Of a DNA stretch of 64,000 nucleotides, positions 49,893-62,570 are shown piece by piece. A program made the position numbers and the translations under genes. The notes beneath the pieces were generated by a model. The model was not told the DNA's origin and did no database searches. It saw only the letters and a list, made by a program, of their open reading frames with translations. Every line of letters begins with the position of its first letter. Position 1 is the stretch's first letter. Source of the stretch: Candidatus Eiseniibacteriota bacterium (GTDB taxonomy: Bacteria > Eisenbacteria > RBG-16-71-46); NCBI GenBank assembly GCA_963707915.1, contig OY970178.1, positions 2,464,001 to 2,528,000 of the forward strand, in the 5' to 3' direction.

Positions 49893-50450
49893 CTACACGC
49901 GCTCGACGAAGTCCCCCGTGCGCGTGTCGATCTTCACGCGGTCGCCGATCTCGATGTAGGGCGGCACCTTGATCTCGTGCCCGGTCACCAGGATCGCGGG
50001 CTTCGAGGTGTTCTGCACCGCGGCGCCCTTGATGTTGGGCGTCGTCTCCTTCACCTCGAGCTCGACGAACATCGGCACCTCGATGCCCACCACGCGGCCC
50101 TCGTAGTACAGGGCCTCGATCATCATGCCCTCGGTGAGGTACCCGACGTTGTCGCCCAGCACGTCGGCGTGGAGCGACACCATCTCGTAGCTCTCGGTGT
50201 TCATGAAGTGGTAGTCGTCGCCGGCGCGGTACGAATACTGGAGCTTGTGCTCCTCGAGCGGGGCGCGGTCCACCTTGTCCTCGGAGCGGAACCGGTGCTC
50301 GGCGTTGGAGCCGGTCTCGATGTTCACCAGGCGGGTCTGCACCATGCCGCGCCAGTTGCCGGGCGTGACGTGCAGCACGTTCGTCACGCGGTGCGGCTTG
50401 CTGTTGTGCATGATGACCATGCCCACCTTGAGCTGGGTCGCTGCGATCAC
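49893..50450 (-). CDS. efp: elongation factor P
   Basis: GTG start after AGGAG; HVTPGNWRGMV, RFRSEDKV, FMNTESYE, KPAILVTG..IKVPPYI..GD.VKIDTR. Confidence 0.95.
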   Translation of the reverse strand: MIAATQLKVGMVIMHNSKPHRVTNVLHVTPGNWRGMVQTRLVNIETGSNAEHRFRSEDKVDRAPLEEHKLQYSYRAGDDYHFMNTESYEMVSLHADVLGDNVGYLTEGMMIEALYYEGRVVGIEVPMFVELEVKETTPNIKGAAVQNTSKPAILVTGHEIKVPPYIEIGDRVKIDTRTGDFVERV

Positions 50451-50633
50451 TTGGACTCCTTGAGGCTGGGATGGCGAGCGAGGGGACCACGGCCCCTCGA
50501 GGGCCTCCCCATGGATCACGCGGCCTATGAGTGTGCCCGATGGCGGCCCGGCGGCGCAAACGCGCCCCCGGGCCGCCCGCGCGAAGGGCCCCGGCTCGCG
50601 CCGGGGCCCCCGCGAGCTGCCGCTCGGTGAGGT

Positions 50634-52298
<1,665 letters not shown>

Positions 52299-52351
52299 TT
52301 AGGATGAGAACGGGCTCCGCCCGGCCGCGTGGCCGGGGAGCCGCGAATGGG

Positions 52352-52648
52352 CTACTTCGGGGACGACAGGATCCCGAGGACGTCGTCTTCGCGCAGGATC
52401 GTGTACTCGACGCCGTCGATCTTCACCTCCGTGCCGCTGTACTTGCCGATCAGCACGCGGTCGCCCTTCTTGACCTCCATGACGAAGCGCTTGCCATCGT
52501 CGCCCATGCGGCCGGGGCCCACGGCGACGACCTCACCCTCCTGGGGCTTCTCCTTGGCGGTGTCGGGGATGATGATGCCGCCCCGCACGGTCTCCTTCTC
52601 CTCGATGCGGCGGACCAGGATGCGGTCAGCGAGAGGCTGGATCTTCAT
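52352..52648 (-). CDS. groS: co-chaperonin GroES
   Basis: [32 protein letters not shown]. Confidence 0.98.
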   Translation of the reverse strand: MKIQPLADRILVRRIEEKETVRGGIIIPDTAKEKPQEGEVVAVGPGRMGDDGKRFVMEVKKGDRVLIGKYSGTEVKIDGVEYTILREDDVLGILSSPK

Positions 52649-52907
52649 GAACTCCTCCTCGTGGTTTCAGGTCGGCCCCCTCCGGGGCCACATGGAACTG
52701 GCTGCGCTCGGGCCCGCCCGGGAGCCTGCCCGGGCCGGACCGTGCCTGCACGCGCCATCGTTCCGCGATCGTTGCGCCGTCCTCGCCCTTGCTGCCGGGC
52801 GGCCACATCATTCACGCGAGCCAAGGTAGTTGGGCTGCGCCGGCCGGTCTGGATCGGAGGACGCCCCCGGATCGCCTCGCGAGCTTTGCCATAATGGCAC
52901 AAGTCGT

Positions 52908-52934
52908 CTGGCGGTCTCGTGTTGGGAGCGCCAA
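52908..52934 (-). promoter_or_regulatory. CIRCE-like HrcA operator upstream of groESL
   Basis: Minus strand TTGGCGCTC-N9-GACCGCCAG versus consensus TTAGCACTC-N9-GAGTGCTAA; TTGACA at 52956-52961 just upstream. Confidence 0.6.
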
Positions 52935-53041
52935 CCTCGCAGGAACGGAGCGGCGTGTCAAGCGGGCGGACCCGCGCGCCGGAAGTGGCCCGGGGAGGGC
53001 CCGGGAACGCCGGGCGGGAGGGTCCGCGGCGGCGGGAGAGC

Positions 53042-53947
53042 CTACTGCGGGGCGGCGGTGTCCTCGAAGAGGGCCTGGCGCGGGACGCCGTCGAGGAAGC
53101 CCGTGCTGACCTGCCCCTTCACCGTGATGACCGCGCGGGGGTTGGGCCTCTGGGACCGCGTGAAGGTCACGATCGTGTCGCGCCCCTGGACCAGGTAGAA
53201 GGCCCAGCCGGCGCCCACGGCGAAGATGTCGTCCCCGACCCGTCCACGCACCACCACGGTCCGGCCGTCGTAACGAGCCGGGTAGCTCCGCAACTCGGAC
53301 AGCGAGATGGTGCCCACGCCGCGCGGCCACGACCACCAGGCGACCAGGACGAGCGCGACCAACCCGGCGGCGACCCCGATCTGGACGGGACGCCTGGTCC
53401 TCACGCTGTCGAGCGCGATGACCCACCAGGGTTCGTGGAGCGGGGCGAGCGGAGGCGGGGCCGCGGCGGTGCGGAGCAGATCCTCGTTGCGTCCCGGCAG
53501 CCCCAGGACGCGCGGCGGCGGGGCCACTGTGGATGCGCTCTCGACCGGCTCGGGCCCGTCGGGCAGCGCCAGCCTGAGGACCGGCACGCTGCTCGCGACC
53601 GGCGCCCAGATCCCGGGCGGCGCGAGCCTTCGCGACGGGGCCGGCGGCGAGGCGGGTTCCTTCGCCAGCTTCTCCGCATCGGGCGCCGGCTTCGCGATCG
53701 CCTGATCGATGGCCGGCACGAGCTCGGGAAGCGGCGCGGGCGCCCCGGGCCGCCGCAACACGGGCTGCGGGAGCGACTCGGGAGGAGCCTCGTCGGTGGC
53801 GTCGTCGAGCGGGTCGAGGGCGGCGCCCAAGCCGTCCGCCGGCCCCGTCAACCAATCAGGGGCAGGCCGACCGGGGAACGACAGGATCTTCCCCGGCGGG
53901 GAAGGTCGGCCGTCGTCGGGCTTGGGGTCGTCTTCTTCCGTGAACAC
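53042..53947 (-). CDS. hypothetical protein: Pro-rich N-terminus, TM helix, C-terminal OB-fold-like domain
   Basis: GGAGG RBS; TM helix IGVAAGLVALVLVAWWSW; YDGRTVVVRGRV...ITVKGQV. Confidence 0.75.
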   Translation of the reverse strand: MFTEEDDPKPDDGRPSPPGKILSFPGRPAPDWLTGPADGLGAALDPLDDATDEAPPESLPQPVLRRPGAPAPLPELVPAIDQAIAKPAPDAEKLAKEPASPPAPSRRLAPPGIWAPVASSVPVLRLALPDGPEPVESASTVAPPPRVLGLPGRNEDLLRTAAAPPPLAPLHEPWWVIALDSVRTRRPVQIGVAAGLVALVLVAWWSWPRGVGTISLSELRSYPARYDGRTVVVRGRVGDDIFAVGAGWAFYLVQGRDTIVTFTRSQRPNPRAVITVKGQVSTGFLDGVPRQALFEDTAAPQ

Positions 53948-54015
53948 GCTCGTGACCTCCGGAGGTCAGGCGGGAGCCAGCGGCGGGAATGATCCATCCT
54001 CCCCACCTGGGCCCG

Positions 54016-54043
54016 TTATCGGCAACCCGGCCGGCGGGTCTTA
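54016..54043 (-). promoter_or_regulatory. sigma28/sigmaD-like promoter
   Basis: Minus strand TAAG-N16-GCCGATAA, with a perfect -10 element. Confidence 0.5.
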
Positions 54044-54090
54044 GCACCCAGTTGCGGGCCCCGCCCGGGGCATCCCGGTCCCGGCAGGGC

Positions 54091-55502
<1,412 letters not shown>

Positions 55503-55506
<4 letters not shown>

Positions 55507-55973
55507 GCCAGGGCCTCGAGGGCGGCGAGGGCGTCCTCGGTGCTGGGAATCTCCGCGGGCGTGGGGCTGATCTCGCGCCAGACGATGCGCCCCTGCTTGT
55601 CCACGACGAAGTAGGCGCGGTTGCTGTATCCCCGCTCGGGGATCAGCACGCCGTACGCGGCACAGGCCGCGCGGTCGAAGTCCGAGAGCAGCGGGAAGGA
55701 CAGGCCCAGCTTCCGCGCGAACTCCTGGTTCGAGTACCACGAGTCCACGCTGACCCCCAGCACCTCGGTGTCGAGCGCCCGGAACCGCGCCAGCTCCCGC
55801 TGCAACTCGGGCAACTGGTGCGCGCAGACCGGCGAGAACGCCAGCGGGAAGAAGGCCAGCAGGAGGTTCCGGCTCCCGCGGTACTCGGAGAGCGTGAACG
55901 GCTGCCCTCCCGGGCCCTTGAGCCTGAACTCCGGGGCGGGTTGTCCCGCCTCGGGCGGGTGGTTCACGTGCAT
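55503..55973 (-). CDS. peroxiredoxin (AhpE/BCP-like)
   Basis: FFPLAFSPVC, GVSVDS, FPLLSDF, RAYFVVDKQG. Confidence 0.92.
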
Positions 55974-56066
55974 GGCGCCTCCCACCGGAAAGTGCGCGAC
56001 CGAGCTCCGCGCCCCGCCATTATTCCGGGCCGCGCGATGCTGTCAACCAGGACGCCGCGGGCCCCG

Positions 56067-56675
56067 CTATCCGGCACGCGGGCGCCGGTTCGTGAGGCGG
56101 ATCGCGTCCAGGCTCGCGGCGGCCAGTTCCGCGACCGTGCGCACGCCCCGATCGCTCTCCCAGCGCGCCGCCAGCACGCGGAGCAACCGCGCGGTGGTGA
56201 GCGCGTCGCCCAGGGCGCGGTGCGCGGCCTCGGGCGGCAGCTTGAAGCGGGAAGCGAGGGCGACCAGCGAGTTGCTGCCCGGATCGCCCAGCCCTCGCGC
56301 CAGGCCGAGCGTGTCCACCACCGGGTGGGACAGCGGGAGGCGACCGCCGGCCCGCAGCAGCGCAGCCAGGAAGGGCAGGTCGAAGGCCGCGTTGTGGAAG
56401 ACGAGCGTGCGTCCGGCGCAGCGCCGCTCGAGCTCGGCCGCCACCGCCGCCGGGACCGGGGCGTCCCGCACCATCGGGTCCGTGATCCCGTGCACGGCCG
56501 AGGCGTCCGGCGGGATGGGCCGGCCCGGGTTCACGAGCGTGGTCCAGGTCTCCCCGATCTCGCCGTCGTCGAGCGCGACCCAGGCGACCTCGACCAGCCC
56601 GTGCCCCAGCCCGGGATCGAGCCCGGTGGTCTCGGTGTCGAGCACTGCGAGCCGGGCACCGTCCAGCAGGGTCAT
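56067..56675 (-). CDS. DEDDh 3'-5' exonuclease (DnaQ-like)
   Basis: LDTETTG, VHGIT, HNAAFD, HRALGDA. Confidence 0.92.
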   Translation of the reverse strand: MTLLDGARLAVLDTETTGLDPGLGHGLVEVAWVALDDGEIGETWTTLVNPGRPIPPDASAVHGITDPMVRDAPVPAAVAAELERRCAGRTLVFHNAAFDLPFLAALLRAGGRLPLSHPVVDTLGLARGLGDPGSNSLVALASRFKLPPEAAHRALGDALTTARLLRVLAARWESDRGVRTVAELAAASLDAIRLTNRRPRAG

Positions 56676-56706
56676 GCGCGCGCCGCCCGTCCCGCCACGA
56701 GCCGCA

Positions 56707-57225
56707 TCAGCGGCGCGGGCCGGCCCGGCCGGACTTCGCCGCGCGCTGGAAGTCCTCGAACCGCTCGCCGCGCTGGGCGTGGCCGTCCCCGATGAAGCGC
56801 AGCAGCAGGAGGAAGTCCTGGGGCGGCGAGTAACCCGGGACGGCCCCGAGGAGGACCCCCTTCGAGTCCAGGAACACGGTCGTCGGATAGCTGGTCGCGC
56901 CGAGACGCGCCGCGAGGGTCCGCGAGGTGTGCGTCCGCCCCTCGTAGCGCGCCGCGGCACGGCCCTCGGCATCGAGCTTCACCGTCACGAACTTCCGGGA
57001 GAGGTAGTCCTGCACGTCGGCCCGGGCGTAGACGTCCCGGTCCATGCGCTTACACCATCCGCACCAGTCCGTGTAGACGTCCACCAGCACCGGGCGGCCC
57101 GAGGTCGCGGCCTCGCGCAGGCCCGCGTCCCACGACCGCCACGCCGCGCCGGCCCAGGCGCTCGCGGGGTGGTAGGACAGCGTGACGGCCAGGGCGCAGA
57201 GCGCGGGGAAGAGAACTCGTCTCAT
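56707..57225 (-). CDS. exported thioredoxin-fold protein (SoxW/DUF255-like)
   Basis: Signal peptide; VDVYTDWCGWCKRMD; cis-Pro motif YPT. Confidence 0.88.
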   Translation of the reverse strand: MRRVLFPALCALAVTLSYHPASAWAGAAWRSWDAGLREAATSGRPVLVDVYTDWCGWCKRMDRDVYARADVQDYLSRKFVTVKLDAEGRAAARYEGRTHTSRTLAARLGATSYPTTVFLDSKGVLLGAVPGYSPPQDFLLLLRFIGDGHAQRGERFEDFQRAAKSGRAGPRR

Positions 57226-57362
57226 CGAAGCACCTCGAAGGTCCCGGGCAGCGTGGGGGAGCGGGGAGCGCACCCATCGTACCATGAGAGCCACGGGGCC
57301 CCCGCGGGGATCCGGGGCCGCGGGGCCCCGCCCCGGCCGGGCCCGCCGCGTTCCGGGAACGT

Positions 57363-58196
57363 TCAGCCGAACACCGTGTGCCGCAGCGTTTCCGCGATGC
57401 GCCGCGGGTCGAACCACGCCCCGCACAGGCGGACCGTGCCGAACTGGCCTGGGTTCACCACCACGGTGCGGCCGATCGTGTCGCGCCAGGCGCCCGAGAC
57501 CCGCGGCGCCTCGTGGATGTGGCCGCACAGGACGAGCGGCGGCTGGCGGCGCTCCACGAACGCCCGGATCGCGCGCGAGCCGACGTGGACCCGCGCGCCG
57601 ATCAGGTCGCAGCGGGTGTCGCGCGGCGGCGAGTGCAGCACGTAGAGCGTCTCCGGGCCGGCCAGCGCCGACAGCTCCTCGAGCGCGTCGGCGATCGTGG
57701 GCGTGCGCCGCGCGGGATCGAAGCGCATCGGCTCGATCCCGCCGGCGCGGCTCCGCCAGCCGTCCAGGCGCGGCGGGTCCTCCGCCGCGTCGTCCTCCCA
57801 GCGTTCCCAGTCCTTCATGCCGAAGGGGGTGATGGGGACCCACGACAGGCCGGCGACCTCCACGCCCGCCACCTCCGTCACCCGCCCGTGCAACGCGCGC
57901 CAGAGCGTCCCGTCGTGGGCCTCGAGCACGTCCTGGTTGGCGCTCCAGTCGTCGTTGCCCAGCAGCACGAGCAGCTCGAGCCCCGGGGCGGCCTCCCGCA
58001 CGCGGCGCGCGAACTCGACGAAGAAGCCCTGCAGGAAGAGCCGCTGGCGCCCCACGCCGTCCTCGCCCGCCCCGTGGGGCGCGAGGTCACCGCCCAGCAG
58101 CAGCGCCGCCGGGCGGTGGGCCGCCACGAGCGCCACGAGTTGCTCGTAGAGGGCGTTCTGGCCGTGCAGGTCGGAGGTGAACAGCCATTCGGACAT
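57363..58196 (-). CDS. metallophosphoesterase
   Basis: SDLHG, GGD, GNDD, HSPP, GHIHE, VNPG. Confidence 0.9.
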   Translation of the reverse strand: MSEWLFTSDLHGQNALYEQLVALVAAHRPAALLLGGDLAPHGAGEDGVGRQRLFLQGFFVEFARRVREAAPGLELLVLLGNDDWSANQDVLEAHDGTLWRALHGRVTEVAGVEVAGLSWVPITPFGMKDWERWEDDAAEDPPRLDGWRSRAGGIEPMRFDPARRTPTIADALEELSALAGPETLYVLHSPPRDTRCDLIGARVHVGSRAIRAFVERRQPPLVLCGHIHEAPRVSGAWRDTIGRTVVVNPGQFGTVRLCGAWFDPRRIAETLRHTVFG

Positions 58197-58425
58197 GCGG
58201 AGGTCCCTTCCCCGGGGTTTCGTGCCGGGCCCGACTCTATCGGAGCGGTTCCGGCACCGGCAATGGCGCCGGCGCTCCGGGACCCCGCCCGGCCCACGGC
58301 CGCCCGGACGGCCCGCGCCCCGGACTCCACGCCCCCTTGACCTTCGCGCCCCCGGCTTCTGATACTCTTGACGCCGAACCGCTGCGCTCTCGTGGTCCTT
58401 GCCGCCCTGCCGAAAGGAAGAATGC

Positions 58426-59667
58426 ATGTCCCCGACGCTGCGCACCCACGCAGTCCACCTGCTCGCCGCGCTGACGCTCGCGCTCGCCGCCGCCGCTCCG
58501 TGCGCGGCCGCAGGCCCGTCCGGCGAGTTGCTCCTGAATCCCGGGTTCGAGGACTCGCTCGAGGCCCATCCGTGGATGCCGTCGGCCTGGGACACGGCCC
58601 AGACCACGCTGCCCACGGTGTTCTTCGGCCGCGACACCTTCCTCGTGCACGGCGGCCGCTACGCGGTGAGCATCGCGAACACCAGCACGCTCGTGCCGGT
58701 CTGGCACAACTGGAACCAGATCGTCCTCGTGGGCCCCGAGTCGTGGGGCAAGGACCTGGTCCTCTCGGTGTGGACGCGGAGCAACGGGCTCCAGGGACGC
58801 GCCTACGTCCTGCTGCAGGCCTACCGCGACACCATCGGCAAGATGTCGAAGGTCTGGGGCGTGCCGCGCGAGCTGGCCGGGAAGCGTCTCGGCATCAACC
58901 CGCTGGACGACCCGATGATCGACCTGGGCTGGAAGCGCGTCTACTTCAGCGACCCCGAGACCGAGTGGGTGCGGCGCGAAGTGCGCACCTTCGTGCCGCG
59001 CAGCACGAACGTGGTCAACGTGCGCTGCGGGCTCGTGGGCACGGGCCAGGTGATCTTCGACGACGCATCGCTCAAGCTGGAGCCCGCGCGGCCCGCGCCC
59101 GTGCCGCCCGCGCACGTGAACCTGCTGCTGGACCCGGGCTTCGAGGGCGACGGCAACGACTGGGAGTACTCGATGCCGCCGTACGCCGGGCTGCGCATCG
59201 ACCGGGACACGACGGTGTCGCACTCGGGCAAGGCCTCCATCCGCTTCACGGCCAGCAAGGATGGGCTCTTCCAGTCCCGCGTCGGCGTCTGCCAGGTGCT
59301 GGGCAGGGGCTTCGCGGGCAAGCGCATGCGCCTCTCGGCCTGGGTGAAGACCGACAGCCTGCGGGGCAGCGTGACCTCGCTCCGGCTCTACGCGAACTGC
59401 CTCCAGCGCGGGATGGTCCAGAGCGAACCCGTGAAGGGATTCGACCTCACCAGCGACTGGTCGCCGGTCTCGCTCGAGATGGACGTGCCGTCGGACGCGG
59501 TCGAGTTGTGGGCGTGGCTCGCCTACACGGTGCCCTCGAGCGGGACCGTGTGGTACGACGACGCCTCGCTCGAAGTGCTGGGCCCGTCGAGCGAGGCGGG
59601 CAAGGCGCCCCGACCTCCCGCGAAGCGGCCGGGCGCGCCCGCCACGAAGCCGCCGGCCACCCGCTGA
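58426..59667 (+). CDS. secreted protein with two CBM4/9-like jelly-roll domains
   Basis: Signal peptide; two internal repeats LL.PGFE...(F/Y)DDASL. Confidence 0.75.
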   Translation: MSPTLRTHAVHLLAALTLALAAAAPCAAAGPSGELLLNPGFEDSLEAHPWMPSAWDTAQTTLPTVFFGRDTFLVHGGRYAVSIANTSTLVPVWHNWNQIVLVGPESWGKDLVLSVWTRSNGLQGRAYVLLQAYRDTIGKMSKVWGVPRELAGKRLGINPLDDPMIDLGWKRVYFSDPETEWVRREVRTFVPRSTNVVNVRCGLVGTGQVIFDDASLKLEPARPAPVPPAHVNLLLDPGFEGDGNDWEYSMPPYAGLRIDRDTTVSHSGKASIRFTASKDGLFQSRVGVCQVLGRGFAGKRMRLSAWVKTDSLRGSVTSLRLYANCLQRGMVQSEPVKGFDLTSDWSPVSLEMDVPSDAVELWAWLAYTVPSSGTVWYDDASLEVLGPSSEAGKAPRPPAKRPGAPATKPPATR

Positions 59668-59730
59668 AGCCACGACCGGGGCGCGCGCCCGCGAGCCGCG
59701 CCCCGGTCGCGCTTCGGCGCTCCCACGCCG

Positions 59731-59760
59731 TTGACAACGGTCAGACCCGGGGTACACACT
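59731..59760 (+). promoter_or_regulatory. orphan sigma70-like promoter
   Basis: TTGACA followed by TACACA at 16 nt or CACACT at 18 nt; no credible + strand CDS directly downstream. Confidence 0.5.
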
Positions 59761-60024
59761 CCGGATGCAGCCGGGCAGGAAGTCTCCTCTGGCAGGGAGC
59801 TTTCGAACCCGACCCGGGGTCGCGTTCGCTGCGCGCGACCAGTCGAGCGCTCGAACTCGCGGGATCTTCAAGAGCGAGGTGTTCCGCAGGGAGGGCGGTG
59901 CGGCCGAGCGGGCGGGGGCTGCGCGACGCACGAAACGCCGGCCCGGGCGATTCCCTCTCGTGTGGTCAGGAGCCTCCCCCCCCTCCACACGAAGCGCCGG
60001 TCGGCCGGAACGCGTCGAGCGCGG

Positions 60025-60933
60025 TCAGGTCCGGCGCGCCAGCGCGAAGGCCTGGCGGCACGTCGCCAGGTGGATCCGGATGGTGTCGTCGAGCCGCCGC
60101 GCGTAACCGCCTCCCAGCGTCACCGCCACCGGCACGCTGCGTCGCGCGCAGCCTTCCAGCACCATCACGTCGCGCGCCTCCAGCCCCTCGATCGACAGGG
60201 CCAGCCCGCCCAGTTGGTCCTCGCGGTAGGTGTCGGCGCCGGCCTGGTAGACCACGATCTCGGGAGCGGACTCCCAGACCCGGTCGAGCGCCCGCTCCAG
60301 CCGCTCGAGATATTCGGCGTCACCGGTCCCGTCCTCGAGCCCGACGTCGAGGTCGCCGGGCTCCTTCGGCGTGGGGTAGTTCCGCTGCTGGTGGACGGAG
60401 AACGTGAAGACCGTGTCGTCGCCGCGGAACACGCGCGCGGTGCCGTTGCCCTGGTGCACGTCGCAGTCCACCACCGCCGCCCGCCGCACCCGGCCCTCGT
60501 GCTGCAGGGTGCGGATGGCGACGGCGATGTCGTTGAGATAGCAGAAACCCTCGGCGTGGTCGGGATAGGCGTGGTGGAAGCCTCCGCCCAGGTTGATCCC
60601 GAAGCCGCGGGTCAGGGCCTCGCGCGCCGCGAGCGTGGTGCCGCCCGCGGCCAGCCGGTAGGCGTGCACGATCTCCCCGGTCAGCGGCAGCTCGGCGCTC
60701 ATGGTGCGCAGGGTCCAGCGCAGCTGCTCGAGGTCGTCCAGGTACTCGGCGCTGTGGACCCGCAGCAGGTCCTCGCGCGAGGCGGGCGCGGGCTCGAGGA
60801 AGGCGTCCCCCGCGACGTCGCCCGCGTCCACCAGGCGCTGCCGCAGGAGCCCGAACTTCTCCATCGGGAACACGTGGGTGCCGATGTCGCAGTGGTACCC
60901 GGACGAGTGGACGACGGCGGCTTCGCGGGCCAT
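60025..60933 (-). CDS. histone deacetylase family protein
   Basis: HVFPMEKF, GGGFHHA, GFCYLNDI, DCDVHQGNG, AGAD, GGGY. Confidence 0.94.
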   Translation of the reverse strand: MAREAAVVHSSGYHCDIGTHVFPMEKFGLLRQRLVDAGDVAGDAFLEPAPASREDLLRVHSAEYLDDLEQLRWTLRTMSAELPLTGEIVHAYRLAAGGTTLAAREALTRGFGINLGGGFHHAYPDHAEGFCYLNDIAVAIRTLQHEGRVRRAAVVDCDVHQGNGTARVFRGDDTVFTFSVHQQRNYPTPKEPGDLDVGLEDGTGDAEYLERLERALDRVWESAPEIVVYQAGADTYREDQLGGLALSIEGLEARDVMVLEGCARRSVPVAVTLGGGYARRLDDTIRIHLATCRQAFALARRT

Positions 60934-61067
60934 GGAACGCATCGTGCCACGCGGCCCCGCGCGGCGCAAAAGGGGCGCCCGCACGGGCCCCTGTGTCGGC
61001 GCGGCCGGCTCGGGTACAATCCTCCACCGGCCATGACCGACCCGACCCCATCGAGCGAGGAGCTTTC

Positions 61068-62570
61068 ATGAGATCCGCCACCCTGCTCTCCCTGCTGCTG
61101 CTCGTCTGCGCGCTGCCGGCGCGGGCGGCGCTCCCGGTCACGCCCGCGCGCGCGCTGCTGCTCGAGGCGGCCACCCCCGCCAGCCTGCGCTCGCAACTGC
61201 TCGACTACGCCGCCACCGCCAGCGACCGGCTGAGCGCCGGCGAGGCGTTGGGCTACGCGGGCACGAGCTATCAGCGCGAAGGCCGCGTGGACAGCGCCAT
61301 CGTCTGCCACCGGCGCGCCTTCGAGCTGCTCCGCGACGAGCCGTCGATGCTGGCGCTGGTGGACCAGTTGCTGTTGCGGCGCGGCGCGGGGGACGCCAGC
61401 GAGGCGATCCGGCTCCTCACGGCCGCGCGCGCGGCCTCGGAGTGGGACGCGCCGCCGGCCCTGGTCGGCCGGATCGCGTGGGCGCACTTCCTCCAGGGGA
61501 AGGCCGATACCGCGGCGAAGCTCTTCGCCCTCGTCGAGGCCCCGCTGCTGCCGCGCTACGAGTGGCGCTTTCGCATGGCCCGCGTGGCGTTCACGCTCAA
61601 GGACTACCGGCGGACCGTGGACCTGCTCCTGCCGCTCGCGATCCGCTCGCGCGGCACCGACGACGCGGTGATCGAGATGCTCGATCAGGCGGGCACGGAG
61701 GCCGGGGTCGGGTCCCGCATCCGTCCCGCGGTGATCCACGGGACGACGGTCCACGACACGTCCGAGGTCTCGCTGGCGTCCGCCCTCGGCGGGCAGTTGC
61801 TCGCGTTCAGCGCCTCGGACGGCTTCCCGCTCGGCGGCCTGCTCACGCCCGCGCCACGCGCCCGGGCCGCGCGCGCCGGGGTCACCGCGCGCCGCGCGCC
61901 CGCGCTGCTCGCGGTCGTGTTGCTGGCGCCGGACGACAGCCTCGCCTCCGGCGACAGCCTCGCGTTCGCCCTGCGCCGGCACGGCGTCACGACGCTGATG
62001 CTCTACCCGCGCGGGCACGGGGCCTCCGTGGACCCCTCCTGCCCCTCCCCCGACGCCTGGTTCGACCGCGAGGCGGCCCTGCAGGAGCTCGTCGCGCGCG
62101 ACGTGGTCGACGCCATGCGCACGGCCCGCCGCTCGACCCCGGTGGACAGCACGCGCTACCTGGTCGTGGGCGTGGGGGCCAGCGCCACCATGGCGGTCGA
62201 GGCGGCGGCCCTGGATCCGCGCGTGAAGGCGCTCCTGCTCGTGAGCCCCGCACCCGCGCCGGTGGACCGTGGAGCGACGCGCGCCCGCCTGGCGCAGCTC
62301 GGCCTGCCGGTCTTCTTCCAGGCCGCGCCGGACGATTTCGACCCGACCTGCGCGATCACCGACGTCCTCTACCAGGCCTCCGACCGCGCGGCCTCGCGCG
62401 TGGTGGAGTCCCGCAGGGGCGGGCGGGGCCTCACCCAGTTCCGCCACGACCCGACCCTCGCCGCGCGCTTCCTCGCCTGGCTCGACGTCACGTTGTCGCC
62501 CCCGGCGGCGCGGCCCGCGAGCGCTCCCGCGCCGCGTCCCACTCCACGCGCACCACGCCCGCGAAGATGA
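61068..62570 (+). CDS. exported TPR protein fused to a degenerate alpha/beta-hydrolase fold
   Basis: GAGGAG RBS; signal peptide; TPR-like helices; ASDGFPLGG, PRGHGAS, ALDPRVKALLLVSP. Confidence 0.75.
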   Translation: MRSATLLSLLLLVCALPARAALPVTPARALLLEAATPASLRSQLLDYAATASDRLSAGEALGYAGTSYQREGRVDSAIVCHRRAFELLRDEPSMLALVDQLLLRRGAGDASEAIRLLTAARAASEWDAPPALVGRIAWAHFLQGKADTAAKLFALVEAPLLPRYEWRFRMARVAFTLKDYRRTVDLLLPLAIRSRGTDDAVIEMLDQAGTEAGVGSRIRPAVIHGTTVHDTSEVSLASALGGQLLAFSASDGFPLGGLLTPAPRARAARAGVTARRAPALLAVVLLAPDDSLASGDSLAFALRRHGVTTLMLYPRGHGASVDPSCPSPDAWFDREAALQELVARDVVDAMRTARRSTPVDSTRYLVVGVGASATMAVEAAALDPRVKALLLVSPAPAPVDRGATRARLAQLGLPVFFQAAPDDFDPTCAITDVLYQASDRAASRVVESRRGGRGLTQFRHDPTLAARFLAWLDVTLSPPAARPASAPAPRPTPRAPRPRR

